Positions 16,968-26,687 are shown, numbered from the stretch's first letter. The stretch: DNA of 32,000 nucleotides from Erysipelothrix larvae (GCF_001545095.1 NZ_CP013213.1:990001-1022000); one strand, 5' to 3'. Notes: generated from the letters alone by a model not told the origin. Numbers and translations are program-made.

Positions 16968-17966
16968 ATGAGCAAAACGTTAAAAGAAATTGCACAAATC
17001 GCGGGGACTTCAATTGCTACTGTATCCAAAGTTGTTAACGGAAAAACATTAGACATTGGTGAAAAAACAGTTCAAAGGGTTCAGGAAATTTTAGATCGCG
17101 AAGGATATACACCAAATCAAATAGCACGAAATTTAAAAACAAATAAATCAAAAACATTAGGATTACTGATACCTGACATTCGAAATCCTTTTTTCACTGA
17201 GATAGCACGTGGTGCTGAAGATGCTGCAAGCGATAATGGGTATACCGTGTTCTTCTGCAATACAGACGATAATTTTAATAAAGAAATTGTATATTTGTCA
17301 GAATTAAGCAGCAGACAAATCGATGGGTTTATTATTGCGGGTTCTTATAGAAGACGAAAAGAGGTCGAGTCAACATTTCAAGTGAGTGCGCCAATGGTCG
17401 CAATTGATCGAGTTGTAAATTATCCAAATATTATCTCGTTTATCACAACAGATAACTTTAAGTCTTCTTATTCAATTACAGAAATGATGATTCAAATGGG
17501 ACATAAGAATTTTCTTTATGTTGGAGGTCCTGAAGAGTCCGATGTGACACAAGATCGATATCATGGCTTCTGCGCTGCATTAAATGACTTCAACATCGAT
17601 CACTATGATGCATTGTTTGGTGAGTATTCAGTGGAATCTGGATATGATTTACTCTTAGAATATGATAAAGCGCAATATGTCTCTGCCATAGTATGTGGCA
17701 ATGACTTAATTGCGCTAGGTGTTGTGAATGCACTCAAAGAACGACATATTCACGTTCCAGGTACTGTGAGTGTTACTGGATTTGATAACATTGATTTTGC
17801 GAAATCAATTAGTCCTTCACTGACAACAATCAATCAACCGACTTATGAAATGGGACGAAAAGCAGTAGAACTTTTGATGAATCATTTTGATGGTGATAAC
17901 ATTGATAAAATCGTCGAACTATCCCAAGACATTGTAGTGCGGAGTTCATCAAGAGGGATACTATAG
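16968..17966 (+). CDS. LacI-family transcriptional repressor (RbsR/PurR-like)
   Basis: ATG at 16968 lies 8 nt after AGGAAGG (16953-16959). N-terminal HTH TLKEIAQIAGTSIATVSKVVNG, followed by a periplasmic-binding-protein-like effector domain. It is the last gene of the operon. Confidence 0.9.
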   Translation: MSKTLKEIAQIAGTSIATVSKVVNGKTLDIGEKTVQRVQEILDREGYTPNQIARNLKTNKSKTLGLLIPDIRNPFFTEIARGAEDAASDNGYTVFFCNTDDNFNKEIVYLSELSSRQIDGFIIAGSYRRRKEVESTFQVSAPMVAIDRVVNYPNIISFITTDNFKSSYSITEMMIQMGHKNFLYVGGPEESDVTQDRYHGFCAALNDFNIDHYDALFGEYSVESGYDLLLEYDKAQYVSAIVCGNDLIALGVVNALKERHIHVPGTVSVTGFDNIDFAKSISPSLTTINQPTYEMGRKAVELLMNHFDGDNIDKIVELSQDIVVRSSSRGIL

Positions 17967-18005
17967 AAAAAACTAATGAACCAAAATAAGGCCATTAGTT
18001 TTTTT
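17967..18005. terminator. Bidirectional terminator between the convergent LacI-regulator and ABC-permease genes
   Basis: AAAAAACTAATG (17967-17978) / CATTAGTTTTTTT (17993-18005). The stem is flanked by an A-run on one side and a T-run on the other, and it fills the whole 40-nt convergent gap. Confidence 0.7.
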
Positions 18006-18006
18006 G

Positions 18007-19689
18007 TTATTTGTTTTGTAAGATTGAAGCAAGGCGGTTATCTGCAAATGTTAAGACGTGCTTGATTAACACAACAATGCCAAGTAGCGTGAATATGGAA
18101 ATGAGACCCCAAATAATGAGTGATTGGGTGTTGACTAGAATGATACCAATCACAAAAGGGATAAACATAAAGGGAAGAATAACAAATACTTGGCGAAGGT
18201 TTCCTTTGACAGCATCATGTTCATTGACCCATTTTAGACGAGGGCTTGCCATATCAACCCAAGAACCAATACTGGTAACATATGCCCCGCCAACAATGAC
18301 ACCAAGGAAAATAAATGGAATTAAATAGAGCGGTAGTCCAAGAATTATGACTGCAAGGCACAAAATAATGATTGGCAGTGGTATCGCAGGAACTAACCCA
18401 TTGAGTATTTTAGCTTTGATGATGCTTGATAATTGTATTGGAAATGTTAAAAACTCAGTGACATTAATCCCTTCACGAGAGATAAGGGTTGATGTTGGAT
18501 TTCCAAGATTAACAAAGAATAAACCAACAATTAAACTTAACATATACATAAATACTATGAGTTCAAGTGAAGAGAAATTGGATATAATTGGCTGGACTAC
18601 TGTTTGAATCTCATTAATTGGAAGTGATCCCAGTTCTCTGATTGCAGAATAAGCTCCAAACCCCATCATGACAGGAATCAACAAATACGGAATATAATAG
18701 TTGCTGACAAAAGCAGGGGTTCTCAGAATGTTTCTGAAGTCGTATTGCATGAAAGATACAATGATGTTTTTTTGATTGCTTTCTTTTGTAAGTTGATTGA
18801 GTGAAATGCGACGATTTGATCGTTTTGATTCTGTAAAGAGCAATACTGTTTTGAAATATAACGGCTCTGTGATCTTAAACACTACAAAAGCTGCAATGAC
18901 AGAAATCAGTAGTGCAAGAACAAATGAACTCATGGATTGATTCACAATAGCATCTGAAATAAATCGAGTGGTTGGAAATGCTGAGGACAACATTGTAAAT
19001 ATCGTATCATTTTGATTTTGTATCGCATCAATAATTGACTCAATAGAGAGTGAATTAGCATCCATAAACACTGAAATTTGCGATAAACCCAATGATAAGA
19101 CCACTGCAATAATTTGCGAAACATAGGTGAAGGTCTCTTTGTTTCTAAAAAATGGAGTAAACGTAAAAATCAATACAATTAAGATGACTGAAACCAAGAT
19201 GGGTAATATTGGAACAATGAAAATACTCAATAACGCGAGGACCATGGACAGAAACGATACATCGACCTTTATGAAGTAGAGGATGTATAAGGGGAGTAGC
19301 ACCGCTAAAACTGTGATAAATGTCTGTACATAAATTGCGATTGATTTACCTGCAATAATCTCGGATGGCTTTAAAGGAAGTACAAAGTATGATGCGTTAT
19401 CAGAGGAATAATACAGAATAATTGGAACAGAGAAAATCGTAAAAAACAGAATCACCATTGGCATGAAGAGATTCAATAAGAAGATAAATAGTGAGGGCTG
19501 TCCCACTGAAATAAGTGAAGATAGAAATAGGGTTCCCAAAAACAAAATGACACCGCCAATATAAATTCCTAAGAATCCAAACAATAAAATTGACTTGATT
19601 CCTGAATTTTTCTTTCCTTTAAAAGCGTTGAACTGTTCGTCTAAAGAAGACTTCAACATTACCTTAGAAAGTGCCCAAATCCTTTGCAT
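18007..19689 (-). CDS. Fused, internally duplicated ABC-2-like exporter permease (about 12 TM), substrate unknown
   Basis: 560 aa and highly hydrophobic. The two halves each carry a related loop motif: aa 99-118 ASYFVLPLKPSEIIAGKSIA versus aa 409-428 NVTEFLTFPIQLSSIIKAKI. The start overlaps the stop of the upstream ABC ATPase (TAATG). Confidence 0.7.
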   Translation of the reverse strand: MQRIWALSKVMLKSSLDEQFNAFKGKKNSGIKSILLFGFLGIYIGGVILFLGTLFLSSLISVGQPSLFIFLLNLFMPMVILFFTIFSVPIILYYSSDNASYFVLPLKPSEIIAGKSIAIYVQTFITVLAVLLPLYILYFIKVDVSFLSMVLALLSIFIVPILPILVSVILIVLIFTFTPFFRNKETFTYVSQIIAVVLSLGLSQISVFMDANSLSIESIIDAIQNQNDTIFTMLSSAFPTTRFISDAIVNQSMSSFVLALLISVIAAFVVFKITEPLYFKTVLLFTESKRSNRRISLNQLTKESNQKNIIVSFMQYDFRNILRTPAFVSNYYIPYLLIPVMMGFGAYSAIRELGSLPINEIQTVVQPIISNFSSLELIVFMYMLSLIVGLFFVNLGNPTSTLISREGINVTEFLTFPIQLSSIIKAKILNGLVPAIPLPIIILCLAVIILGLPLYLIPFIFLGVIVGGAYVTSIGSWVDMASPRLKWVNEHDAVKGNLRQVFVILPFMFIPFVIGIILVNTQSLIIWGLISIFTLLGIVVLIKHVLTFADNRLASILQNK

Positions 19690-20408
19690 TATCGTGTTAC
19701 CTCTAAGAAGATTTCTTCTAAACTCAAGCCTTCATACTGTGCTTTGAGTGCATCTAAGGTTCCAGTGTATAAAATGTGTCCATGATTGATAATGATGATG
19801 GCATCACATAACTTCTCGGCAACTTCCAAAACGTGGGTAGAAAATAACACGCACTTATCTTGTGAAGCATGTTCTTTCATAATCTTTTTCAAATCAAACG
19901 CTGCTTGTGGATCAAGTCCAGTCAATGGTTCATCGAGAATAAAGATATCTGGATTATGAAGCAATACGCCAATAATCTTAATTTTTTGACGCATACCGTG
20001 TGAATAAGATTGAATTTTATCATTCAAAGACTGTTCAAGTTTGAACATCGATGAGTATCGTTCAATACGTTCTTGACGAAGGGTTGTATCCACTTCATAA
20101 ATATCCCCAATAAAGTTTAGGTATTCAATCCCTTTAAGCTTTAAAAAGGTGTTTGGATCATCTGATACAAAACCAAATTGTTTTTTTGCATTAATCGCAT
20201 CGTTTACGATGTCATAACCATTCACCAAAATCGACCCAGCATCCGGTTTTAATTGACCTGTAATCATCTTCAGTGTTGTTGTTTTTCCTGCACCATTGGG
20301 TCCAATAAAACCAACAATGGAATTCTTTTCAATATTCATATTAATTGAGTCTACAGCTTGAAAACCAGAAAAAGCCTTTGACACATTATTCAAGTTAATC
20401 ATATTCAT
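19689..20408 (-). CDS. ABC transporter ATP-binding protein (ABC-2/CcmA-like exporter subfamily)
   Basis: Walker A GPNGAGKTT, Q-loop, variant signature YSHGMRQK, Walker B IFILDEPLTGLD, H-loop STH. RBS AAGGGAGA. Confidence 0.9.
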   Translation of the reverse strand: MNMINLNNVSKAFSGFQAVDSINMNIEKNSIVGFIGPNGAGKTTTLKMITGQLKPDAGSILVNGYDIVNDAINAKKQFGFVSDDPNTFLKLKGIEYLNFIGDIYEVDTTLRQERIERYSSMFKLEQSLNDKIQSYSHGMRQKIKIIGVLLHNPDIFILDEPLTGLDPQAAFDLKKIMKEHASQDKCVLFSTHVLEVAEKLCDAIIIINHGHILYTGTLDALKAQYEGLSLEEIFLEVTR

Positions 20409-20489
20409 TCTCCCTTATTGTATTACTACATTAGTACAATACCATAATTATCACTACCATGCAATATTAATTGATGATAAATGAATGCA

Positions 20490-20516
20490 TAAAAAAACAT
20501 GAATTACATCCATGTT
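20490..20516 (-). terminator. Weak candidate terminator of plsY
   Basis: On the minus strand: AACATG, 9-nt loop containing the plsY stop codon, CATGTT, then a T-run (plus-strand A-run at 20491-20495). The stem is only 6 bp. Confidence 0.3.
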
Positions 20517-21106
20517 ATTTTTCGCTCGGTCTTATTAAGGATACGGCTAATATTTTCTTTGTGCCTATAAATCACAATCAATGTGATGATTGTGAATGCA
20601 ATTGAAACTTGAATGTTTGACTGGGTCACATATAATAGGACTGTCGCACAAGCCAATGCAATCATAGAAGAAAACGAAACCATTTTTGAAAGAAAGAGTA
20701 ATACGAAGAAGATGCCAAGAGGGATTATAAAGTCAAACACATAATTTTGTGTTAGAAAAATAGAGATCCCAATTAGAAAACCAAACGCTGTCGAAACTGC
20801 TTTACCACCCTTGAAATTCGCAAATACAGGGAAACAATGTCCCAATGTTGTAAAAAAGCCTGCGTAGATGATGGCTTCTTTTGAGAAAAAAGAAACAATC
20901 AGCATGGCAATAACACCCTTCAATACATCAAATAAAATAACAGATACTCCAGCCTTTGCGCCTAACGTACGCCCAGCATTGGTTCCACCTAAGTTACCAG
21001 AACCATGTTGACGAATATCCGTCTTATAAAACACTTTACCAATGACTAACGCAAATGGAATTGAACCAAATAAATACCCCAAAATGCTTGCTAATACAAT
21101 GTTCAT
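20504..21106 (-). CDS. plsY: Glycerol-3-phosphate acyltransferase PlsY
   Basis: 200-aa membrane protein with the PlsY motifs GSGNLGGTNAGRTLG and FKGGKAVST. RBS GAGGTGG. It is adjacent and divergent to parE, and these genes are also neighbours in Bacillus subtilis. Confidence 0.93.
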   Translation of the reverse strand: MNIVLASILGYLFGSIPFALVIGKVFYKTDIRQHGSGNLGGTNAGRTLGAKAGVSVILFDVLKGVIAMLIVSFFSKEAIIYAGFFTTLGHCFPVFANFKGGKAVSTAFGFLIGISIFLTQNYVFDFIIPLGIFFVLLFLSKMVSFSSMIALACATVLLYVTQSNIQVSIAFTIITLIVIYRHKENISRILNKTERKITWM

Positions 21107-21191
21107 TTAACCACCTCAACTATAAGTACGTTGTTATTTTACCATAAATGTTGAAATTATTGATTTATTCTTCTTCTAAAATCGTTTAAAA

Positions 21192-21200
21192 TGGTATAAT
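21192..21200 (+). promoter_or_regulatory. Extended -10 promoter element for parEC
   Basis: TGgTATAAT at 21192-21200. There is no good -35, which is usual for extended -10 promoters. It lies about 27 nt upstream of the parE start. Confidence 0.5.
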
Positions 21201-21226
21201 ACCTTAGATGAAGGGAGTTGTTTATT

Positions 21227-23134
21227 TTGAATGAACAGACATACTCTGCTTCCAGTATTGAAATTTTGGAAGGATTAGAGGCAGTTCGAAAACGCCCAGG
21301 TATGTATATCGGGTCAACAGATCAACGCGGATTACATCACTTGGTTTGGGAAATTGTAGATAATGCAATCGATGAAGCGTTGAACGGTTATGGGAAATCA
21401 ATTCGAATTGTCATTGAAGATGATTTAACATTATCAGTTAGAGATGAAGGACGGGGAATGCCTGTAGGGAAACACCAAAGTGGTATTTCAGCTTTACAGG
21501 TTATTTTTACGGTCTTGCATGCTGGGGGCAAGTTTTCAGAAGCAGGCGGATATAAGACCAGTGGTGGTCTACACGGTGTTGGTGCTTCTGTTGTAAATGC
21601 TTTAAGCAAATGGCTTGAAGTGACCGTGTACAATGACGCAACCTATACGATGCGTTTTGAAAATGGCGGTAAAGACATCAGCAAACTCAAAAAATTAGAA
21701 GGAAAACAAAAACGCGGGTCGTTAGTTCGTTTTAGAGCAGATGACACGATTTTTAAGAATGCACGATTTAGCTTTGATACCATCAAAGAACGTATTCAAG
21801 AATCTGCATTTCTTTTAGAAAATATTGAATTCATCATTGAAGACAAACGTATCAATGAAGTGGTAACCTATCAATACCAAGACGGATTAAAGTCGTTTAT
21901 GAACTATATTCATGAAGAATCAGAGACCATTGGAAATCCAATCATGATTTCTGGAATGGATCAAGACATCGAAGTGAAAATTGCACTTCAATACAATGAA
22001 GGTTACAGTGAAGATGTCTATTCTTATGTTAACTTAGTTCGCACAACGGATGGGGGAAGCCATGTTATTGGATACCGTTCAGGGCTTACGAAAGTAATTA
22101 ATGAATATGCGCGTAAGTTAAATGTGCTTAAAGAAAAAGATAAAAACTTTGAAGGTGCCGATGTACGTGAAGGATTATCTGCAATCGTGTCCGTTTCAAT
22201 TCCTGAAAACTTGCTTCAATTTGAAGGACAAACAAAAGGAAAACTAGGAACGCCAATCGCGAAAAATGTCGTTGAAGGAATTATTTTGGATCAGCTTCCA
22301 AGTTACTTAGACCTTCATCATGATGAAGCGATGGTTATTTTAGGGAAAATTCAAAAAGCAACCCAAGCACGCCAAGCAGCACGTAAAGCGCGTGACAATG
22401 CCCGCAAAGGGAAGAGTAATAAGATTGAAAAACTCTTGTCTGGGAAACTTGCGAATGCTCAGACCAAAAATAAAGCAAAAAACGAGTTGTTTTTAGTCGA
22501 AGGGGATTCTGCGGGTGGAAGTGCGAAACAAGGGAGAGATTCTAAGTTTCAAGCCATTTTACCACTGCGTGGTAAGGTATTAAATACCCAAAAGGCCAAA
22601 CTTGAAGACATTGTGAAGAATGAAGAACTCAATACAATTATTCATTGTATTGGTGCGGGTTTTGGTTCGGATTTTGATGCCGACGATTCAAACTATAATA
22701 AAGTGATTATTATGACCGATGCGGATACTGATGGTGCCCATATTCAAGTACTACTTCTAACTTTCTTCTTCAGACATATGCGTCCACTGATTGAACAAGG
22801 GTATGTATACATTGCCCAACCTCCATTGTATCTTGCAAAATCGGGGAAAAACGTTCAATATTGCTATTCTGATGATGAACTGGATGCATTTAGAGAAAAA
22901 TATGGTTCAATTGATATCCAACGCTATAAAGGGCTTGGTGAAATGAATGCAGATCAATTGTGGGACACCACAATGAATCCAGAAACACGTCAATTGATTC
23001 AAATTCAAGTTGAAGACGCATTTAAAGCAGATCGCCGCGTGAATGTTCTTATGGGAGATAAGGTAGATGTTCGCCGGGAGTGGATTGAAGAAAATGTTGC
23101 ATTTACATTAGAGGAGGCAATTCATGAGTCATGA
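21227..23134 (+). CDS. parE: DNA topoisomerase IV subunit B
   Basis: GHKL ATPase and Toprim motifs: LEGLEAVRKRPGMYIG, LHHLVWEIVDNAIDE, GGLHGVGASVVNALS, EGDSAGGSAK, PLRGKVLN, MTDADTDGAHI. The TTG at 21227 is 9 nt from the SD AAGGGAG (21211-21217), whereas the listed TTG at 21218 directly abuts the SD. ParE is preferred over GyrB because of the plsY neighbour and because the partner subunit lacks a GyrA box. Confidence 0.85.
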   Translation: MNEQTYSASSIEILEGLEAVRKRPGMYIGSTDQRGLHHLVWEIVDNAIDEALNGYGKSIRIVIEDDLTLSVRDEGRGMPVGKHQSGISALQVIFTVLHAGGKFSEAGGYKTSGGLHGVGASVVNALSKWLEVTVYNDATYTMRFENGGKDISKLKKLEGKQKRGSLVRFRADDTIFKNARFSFDTIKERIQESAFLLENIEFIIEDKRINEVVTYQYQDGLKSFMNYIHEESETIGNPIMISGMDQDIEVKIALQYNEGYSEDVYSYVNLVRTTDGGSHVIGYRSGLTKVINEYARKLNVLKEKDKNFEGADVREGLSAIVSVSIPENLLQFEGQTKGKLGTPIAKNVVEGIILDQLPSYLDLHHDEAMVILGKIQKATQARQAARKARDNARKGKSNKIEKLLSGKLANAQTKNKAKNELFLVEGDSAGGSAKQGRDSKFQAILPLRGKVLNTQKAKLEDIVKNEELNTIIHCIGAGFGSDFDADDSNYNKVIIMTDADTDGAHIQVLLLTFFFRHMRPLIEQGYVYIAQPPLYLAKSGKNVQYCYSDDELDAFREKYGSIDIQRYKGLGEMNADQLWDTTMNPETRQLIQIQVEDAFKADRRVNVLMGDKVDVRREWIEENVAFTLEEAIHES

Positions 23135-25589
23135 TATTTTGAAAATGCCTCTTGAAGATGTAGTTGGTGATCGGTTTGGTCGCTATTCGAAATATATTAT
23201 TCAAGAGCGTGCATTACCCGATGTGAGAGATGGGTTAAAACCCGTTCAACGCCGGATTTTATATGCCATGCATACTGAAAAGAACACCCATGATAAAGGG
23301 TATCGTAAGTCTGCGAAAACAGTCGGACTTGTTATTGGTAACTACCACCCACACGGTGATAGTTCGGTTTATGATGCAATGGTTCGTTTGTCACAACCTT
23401 GGAAAATGAACATGCCTTTAGTTGACATGCAAGGTAATAACGGGTCGATTGATGATGACCCTGCTGCTGCGATGCGATATACAGAGGCACGTCTTTCAAA
23501 GCTCTCCTCAAAACTCTTGGAGAACATTGGCGAAGAGGTAGTGCCATTTGTTCTTAACTTTGATGATACAACTCAAGAACCCGTTGTTTTACCTGCGCGC
23601 TATCCAAATTTATTGGTTAATGGAGCGACAGGAATTGCAGCAGGATATGCAACCAATATTCCACCGTTTAATTTAGGAGAAATCCTGGATGCAACCACGT
23701 ATCTTCTTCAAAATGACGAAGCGTCCATCGAAGAACTCATGACATTTATTAAAGGTCCTGATTTTCCAACCGGTGGAATTGTTCAAGGGGAACAAGGCAT
23801 TAAGGATATTCTAAATACAGGACGTGGTCGTGTAGTTGTTCGTGCCAAAACAGAAATTATTCGCAAAAAAACATTGGCTCAAATTGTTGTTACAGAGCTT
23901 CCATATGAAGTGATTAAGTCAAATGTAGTTCGTAAGATTGATGAATTAAGATATGCCAAAGCATCCGAAGGATTAGGGGATGTGATGGATGTTCGCGATG
24001 AGTCCGATCGTAATGGACTTAGAATTGTGATTGATTGTCGCCCAGACAGTGATGTTGAAAGCATTCTCAATCTTTTCTTCAAACATACTGAGCTTCAAGT
24101 CTATTACAATGCAAATATGGTTTCAATCATTAACAAACGCCCGCAACTCACCGGTGTGATTCCGATGTTGAAGGCTTATATTGAATTTAGAAAAGAAGTT
24201 GTATTAAATCGTTCCCGTTATCGGTATGAGCAAAAAGAAAAACGCCTTCATATTATTGAAGGGTTAATTAAAGCAACATCAATCCTTGATGAAATCATTC
24301 GCATCATTCGTGCTTCAAAGAATCGGGCAGATTCACGCGATAACATCATGAATGAATTTGGATTCTCACACGCTCAAGCAAGTGCAATTGTTGACTTGCA
24401 ACTCTATCGATTGTCTTCAACAGATGTTGTGGCCCTTCGTGATGAGTTTGCAAAACTGGCCAACGAACTGGAAGAACTGAACCTTATCATCAACAATGAT
24501 TCAATGCTCAGTCTTTTAGTACGAAGAGAACTTCTTGAAATTAAAGATGAATTCTCAATTGAACGAAAAACACGCATTGAAGCGAAGGTGAGTGAACTTG
24601 AAATTGACCATATGAGCTTAATTTCAAATGAAGATGTTATGATTACAGTGTCACACTTAGGTTATATTAAAAAAGTCAGCATGCGCTCTTACAATTCAAG
24701 TCAAACCGATGTGATTAGTTTAAGTGATAGTGATTATCCAATTGTGAGTGCTCAAGTACAAACACTCGATCAACTGGTATTTATCACAAGTAAAGGTCGT
24801 TATGGGTACATATTAGTTCACGAACTTGAAGAATCAAAATGGCGTGATATTGGTCCGCACATGAACAAATACATGCGAATGGATTCAGACGAAAGAATTG
24901 TCAGTGCCTTTACCGTTAAAGACTTTAACACCAACATGTTTGTTGTGACGGTAAGTTCAAATGGAATGATTAAAAAGAGTGGTGTACCTGATCTTGAAGT
25001 GAAGCGTTCTGGTAAACTGTATGACATCATGAAACTTGATAAAGGCGCAGATTTAGTTGGGGCATACATTAGTAATGAAGATGATCATCTTTTGATGGTT
25101 TCAAATGATGGCCAAATTATGCGTTTAGATCTCACTGAAATCAATCCAATTGGACTCAAAGGAAAAGGGGTTATTGGGATGAAATTACGTAAGGGAGATG
25201 CTGTGAAAAGTGCAGCCATCTTACATGATGAATCTGAAGCAGTGGTAAGAACCCATCGTTGTTATTTCAAACGAATCAAAGCAGCCGATATCCCTGTCAT
25301 GAATCGTGCAACATTGGGCGTCTTGGTCGCACGTAAAGTGAAAACAAACCCACATTATGTTACCGATATTGTGGTAGGTAACATTTATGATACAATCACA
25401 ATTTATCATGAAAAGGTTGATTTTATTGAAATCAAGTCTGTTCCAATTATGGACTTTGATGCATCTTATTCACAAGTCACAAAGCTTGAAAACCTTGAGA
25501 TAGTGCGTAAATGTATTGATGTTCCACTGGTTGAACATCATACAACACACGCAAGACATGTGGATGAACCTTTAAAATTAGACCTGTAA
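23124..25589 (+). CDS. parC: DNA topoisomerase IV subunit A
   Basis: [26 protein letters not shown], and the active-site Tyr in [10 protein letters not shown]. The C-terminal beta-pinwheel region has no QRRGGKG GyrA box. The start overlaps the end of parE by 11 nt. RBS GAGGAGG. Confidence 0.85.
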   Translation: MSHDILKMPLEDVVGDRFGRYSKYIIQERALPDVRDGLKPVQRRILYAMHTEKNTHDKGYRKSAKTVGLVIGNYHPHGDSSVYDAMVRLSQPWKMNMPLVDMQGNNGSIDDDPAAAMRYTEARLSKLSSKLLENIGEEVVPFVLNFDDTTQEPVVLPARYPNLLVNGATGIAAGYATNIPPFNLGEILDATTYLLQNDEASIEELMTFIKGPDFPTGGIVQGEQGIKDILNTGRGRVVVRAKTEIIRKKTLAQIVVTELPYEVIKSNVVRKIDELRYAKASEGLGDVMDVRDESDRNGLRIVIDCRPDSDVESILNLFFKHTELQVYYNANMVSIINKRPQLTGVIPMLKAYIEFRKEVVLNRSRYRYEQKEKRLHIIEGLIKATSILDEIIRIIRASKNRADSRDNIMNEFGFSHAQASAIVDLQLYRLSSTDVVALRDEFAKLANELEELNLIINNDSMLSLLVRRELLEIKDEFSIERKTRIEAKVSELEIDHMSLISNEDVMITVSHLGYIKKVSMRSYNSSQTDVISLSDSDYPIVSAQVQTLDQLVFITSKGRYGYILVHELEESKWRDIGPHMNKYMRMDSDERIVSAFTVKDFNTNMFVVTVSSNGMIKKSGVPDLEVKRSGKLYDIMKLDKGADLVGAYISNEDDHLLMVSNDGQIMRLDLTEINPIGLKGKGVIGMKLRKGDAVKSAAILHDESEAVVRTHRCYFKRIKAADIPVMNRATLGVLVARKVKTNPHYVTDIVVGNIYDTITIYHEKVDFIEIKSVPIMDFDASYSQVTKLENLEIVRKCIDVPLVEHHTTHARHVDEPLKLDL

Positions 25590-25591
25590 TT

Positions 25592-25600
25592 TGATATAAT
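25592..25600 (+). promoter_or_regulatory. Candidate extended -10 promoter for the yqeH cluster
   Basis: TGaTATAAT lies 3 nt after the parC stop. It is the same 9-mer as the -10 upstream of the repeat-protein gene (6973-6981). Confidence 0.35.
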
Positions 25601-25670
25601 AAACCTAGCAAAAAGCATTGAATGGATCAAATCATACTTTTTTGCATGAAAATAAACCCAAAGGAGAACT

Positions 25671-26687
25671 ATGAGTAAATGTAAAGGATGTGGCATTACG
25701 CTACAAAATACACATGACAATGAACCCGGTTATACGAAAAACCTTGACAACGAGTATTGCCAGTCATGCTTTCGATTGAGACATTATCGCGATTTTCGTC
25801 GTGTTAAACAAGCAGTAAATGATGGTGAAACACTGTCCTTTATTGAATCATTTGATGGTACGATACTGTGGATTGTTGATGTGACGAAACTCAACCAATC
25901 CATGCACAGTGGATTGCTGCGCGCAATGATTGGAAAACGCGTGTTAATGGTGGTGAATAAACGCGATGTCTTACCGCGCTCCATCAATGAACACTCGATC
26001 AAACGCTCCATTATGTCAATGTTAAAAGGAATTCCTTTATCTTTAATGGATATTGTCTTTGTTTCAGCAATGCAACGAAGAACACTGGATACCCTTCTAC
26101 CATACTTAGAAGATGACCGTTGTGCCTTTGTAGGGAATGTAAATGCTGGAAAATCATCCTTGCTAAATGCTCTAATGAAGCGTGATCAATTGTCAGTGTC
26201 ACCCGTCGCATCGACAACAGCAGATGTCATCCACATTGAACATGAAGTGTACGATATTTACGATACTCCAGGTCTCAATGCAGAATCTAATCTTTTGTCG
26301 AAGTTTTCAGATGAAGGATTGGTGCTTCTCTCTCCGAAAAAGACAATCAAACCCCATGTCTTCCAAATCTATGAGAAACAAGCCTTAGTATTTGGTAATT
26401 TAGGTGCGTTTATTATTGAACCTAAAACATCCGTCAGTGTAATTTCATATTTGCCCATCAAATTAAAGCGTGTCAAACAAGAACGTATCGATGTGAATTT
26501 GGGATTAGAACATGAACTTATGATTGAAAACCCTAAGTACCGCAAACACAACTGGCCTGTTAAGGATAAACAGATTGATTTAGAAATATTCGACATTGGG
26601 TTTGTAAGTTTCCATGGCGAACTTAAGAGTTTAGAAACTTACTTTGATGAAGATGCTGAAATAGTATACAGAAAGGCACTATTCTAA
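25671..26687 (+). CDS. yqeH: Ribosome-biogenesis GTPase YqeH (circularly permuted GTPase)
   Basis: N-terminal Zn-finger CKGCG...CQSCFRLRHY. The G motifs are permuted: G4 NKRD precedes G1 GNVNAGKSS and G3 DTPG. RBS AAGGAGA. Confidence 0.88.
   Translation: MSKCKGCGITLQNTHDNEPGYTKNLDNEYCQSCFRLRHYRDFRRVKQAVNDGETLSFIESFDGTILWIVDVTKLNQSMHSGLLRAMIGKRVLMVVNKRDVLPRSINEHSIKRSIMSMLKGIPLSLMDIVFVSAMQRRTLDTLLPYLEDDRCAFVGNVNAGKSSLLNALMKRDQLSVSPVASTTADVIHIEHEVYDIYDTPGLNAESNLLSKFSDEGLVLLSPKKTIKPHVFQIYEKQALVFGNLGAFIIEPKTSVSVISYLPIKLKRVKQERIDVNLGLEHELMIENPKYRKHNWPVKDKQIDLEIFDIGFVSFHGELKSLETYFDEDAEIVYRKALF

Noticed and set aside
18011-18607. Plus-strand ORFs of 105 and 86 aa antisense to the 560-aa permease
   Set aside because: They are antisense to a gene with strong coding features and translational coupling. 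They lack an RBS, and their composition mirrors the opposite strand.
6981-21226. Longer N-terminal extensions given in the ORF track: 6981 for the repeat protein, 7560 for deoD, 12027 for permease 2, 16959 for the LacI regulator and 21218 for parE
   Set aside because: In each case a downstream in-frame start has a properly spaced Shine-Dalgarno, while the upstream one has none or overlaps a promoter or the preceding gene. The shorter N-termini also match family norms.
21227-25589. Alternative reading of the type II topoisomerase pair as gyrB-gyrA
   Set aside because: The A subunit has no GyrA box (QRRGGKG) at the start of its C-terminal domain. The pair sits next to plsY, as parEC does in Bacillus, and there is no dnaA/dnaN/recF context. 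This remains an inference, so the confidence is 0.85 and not higher.
25608-25678. A/U-rich inverted repeat GCAAAAAG...CTTTTTTGC after parC, and a 10-codon ORF (MKINPKENYE) overlapping the yqeH start
   Set aside because: The stem is almost pure A:U with a bulge and a 21-nt loop, so it is not a credible terminator or attenuator. The mini-ORF has no SD and looks incidental.
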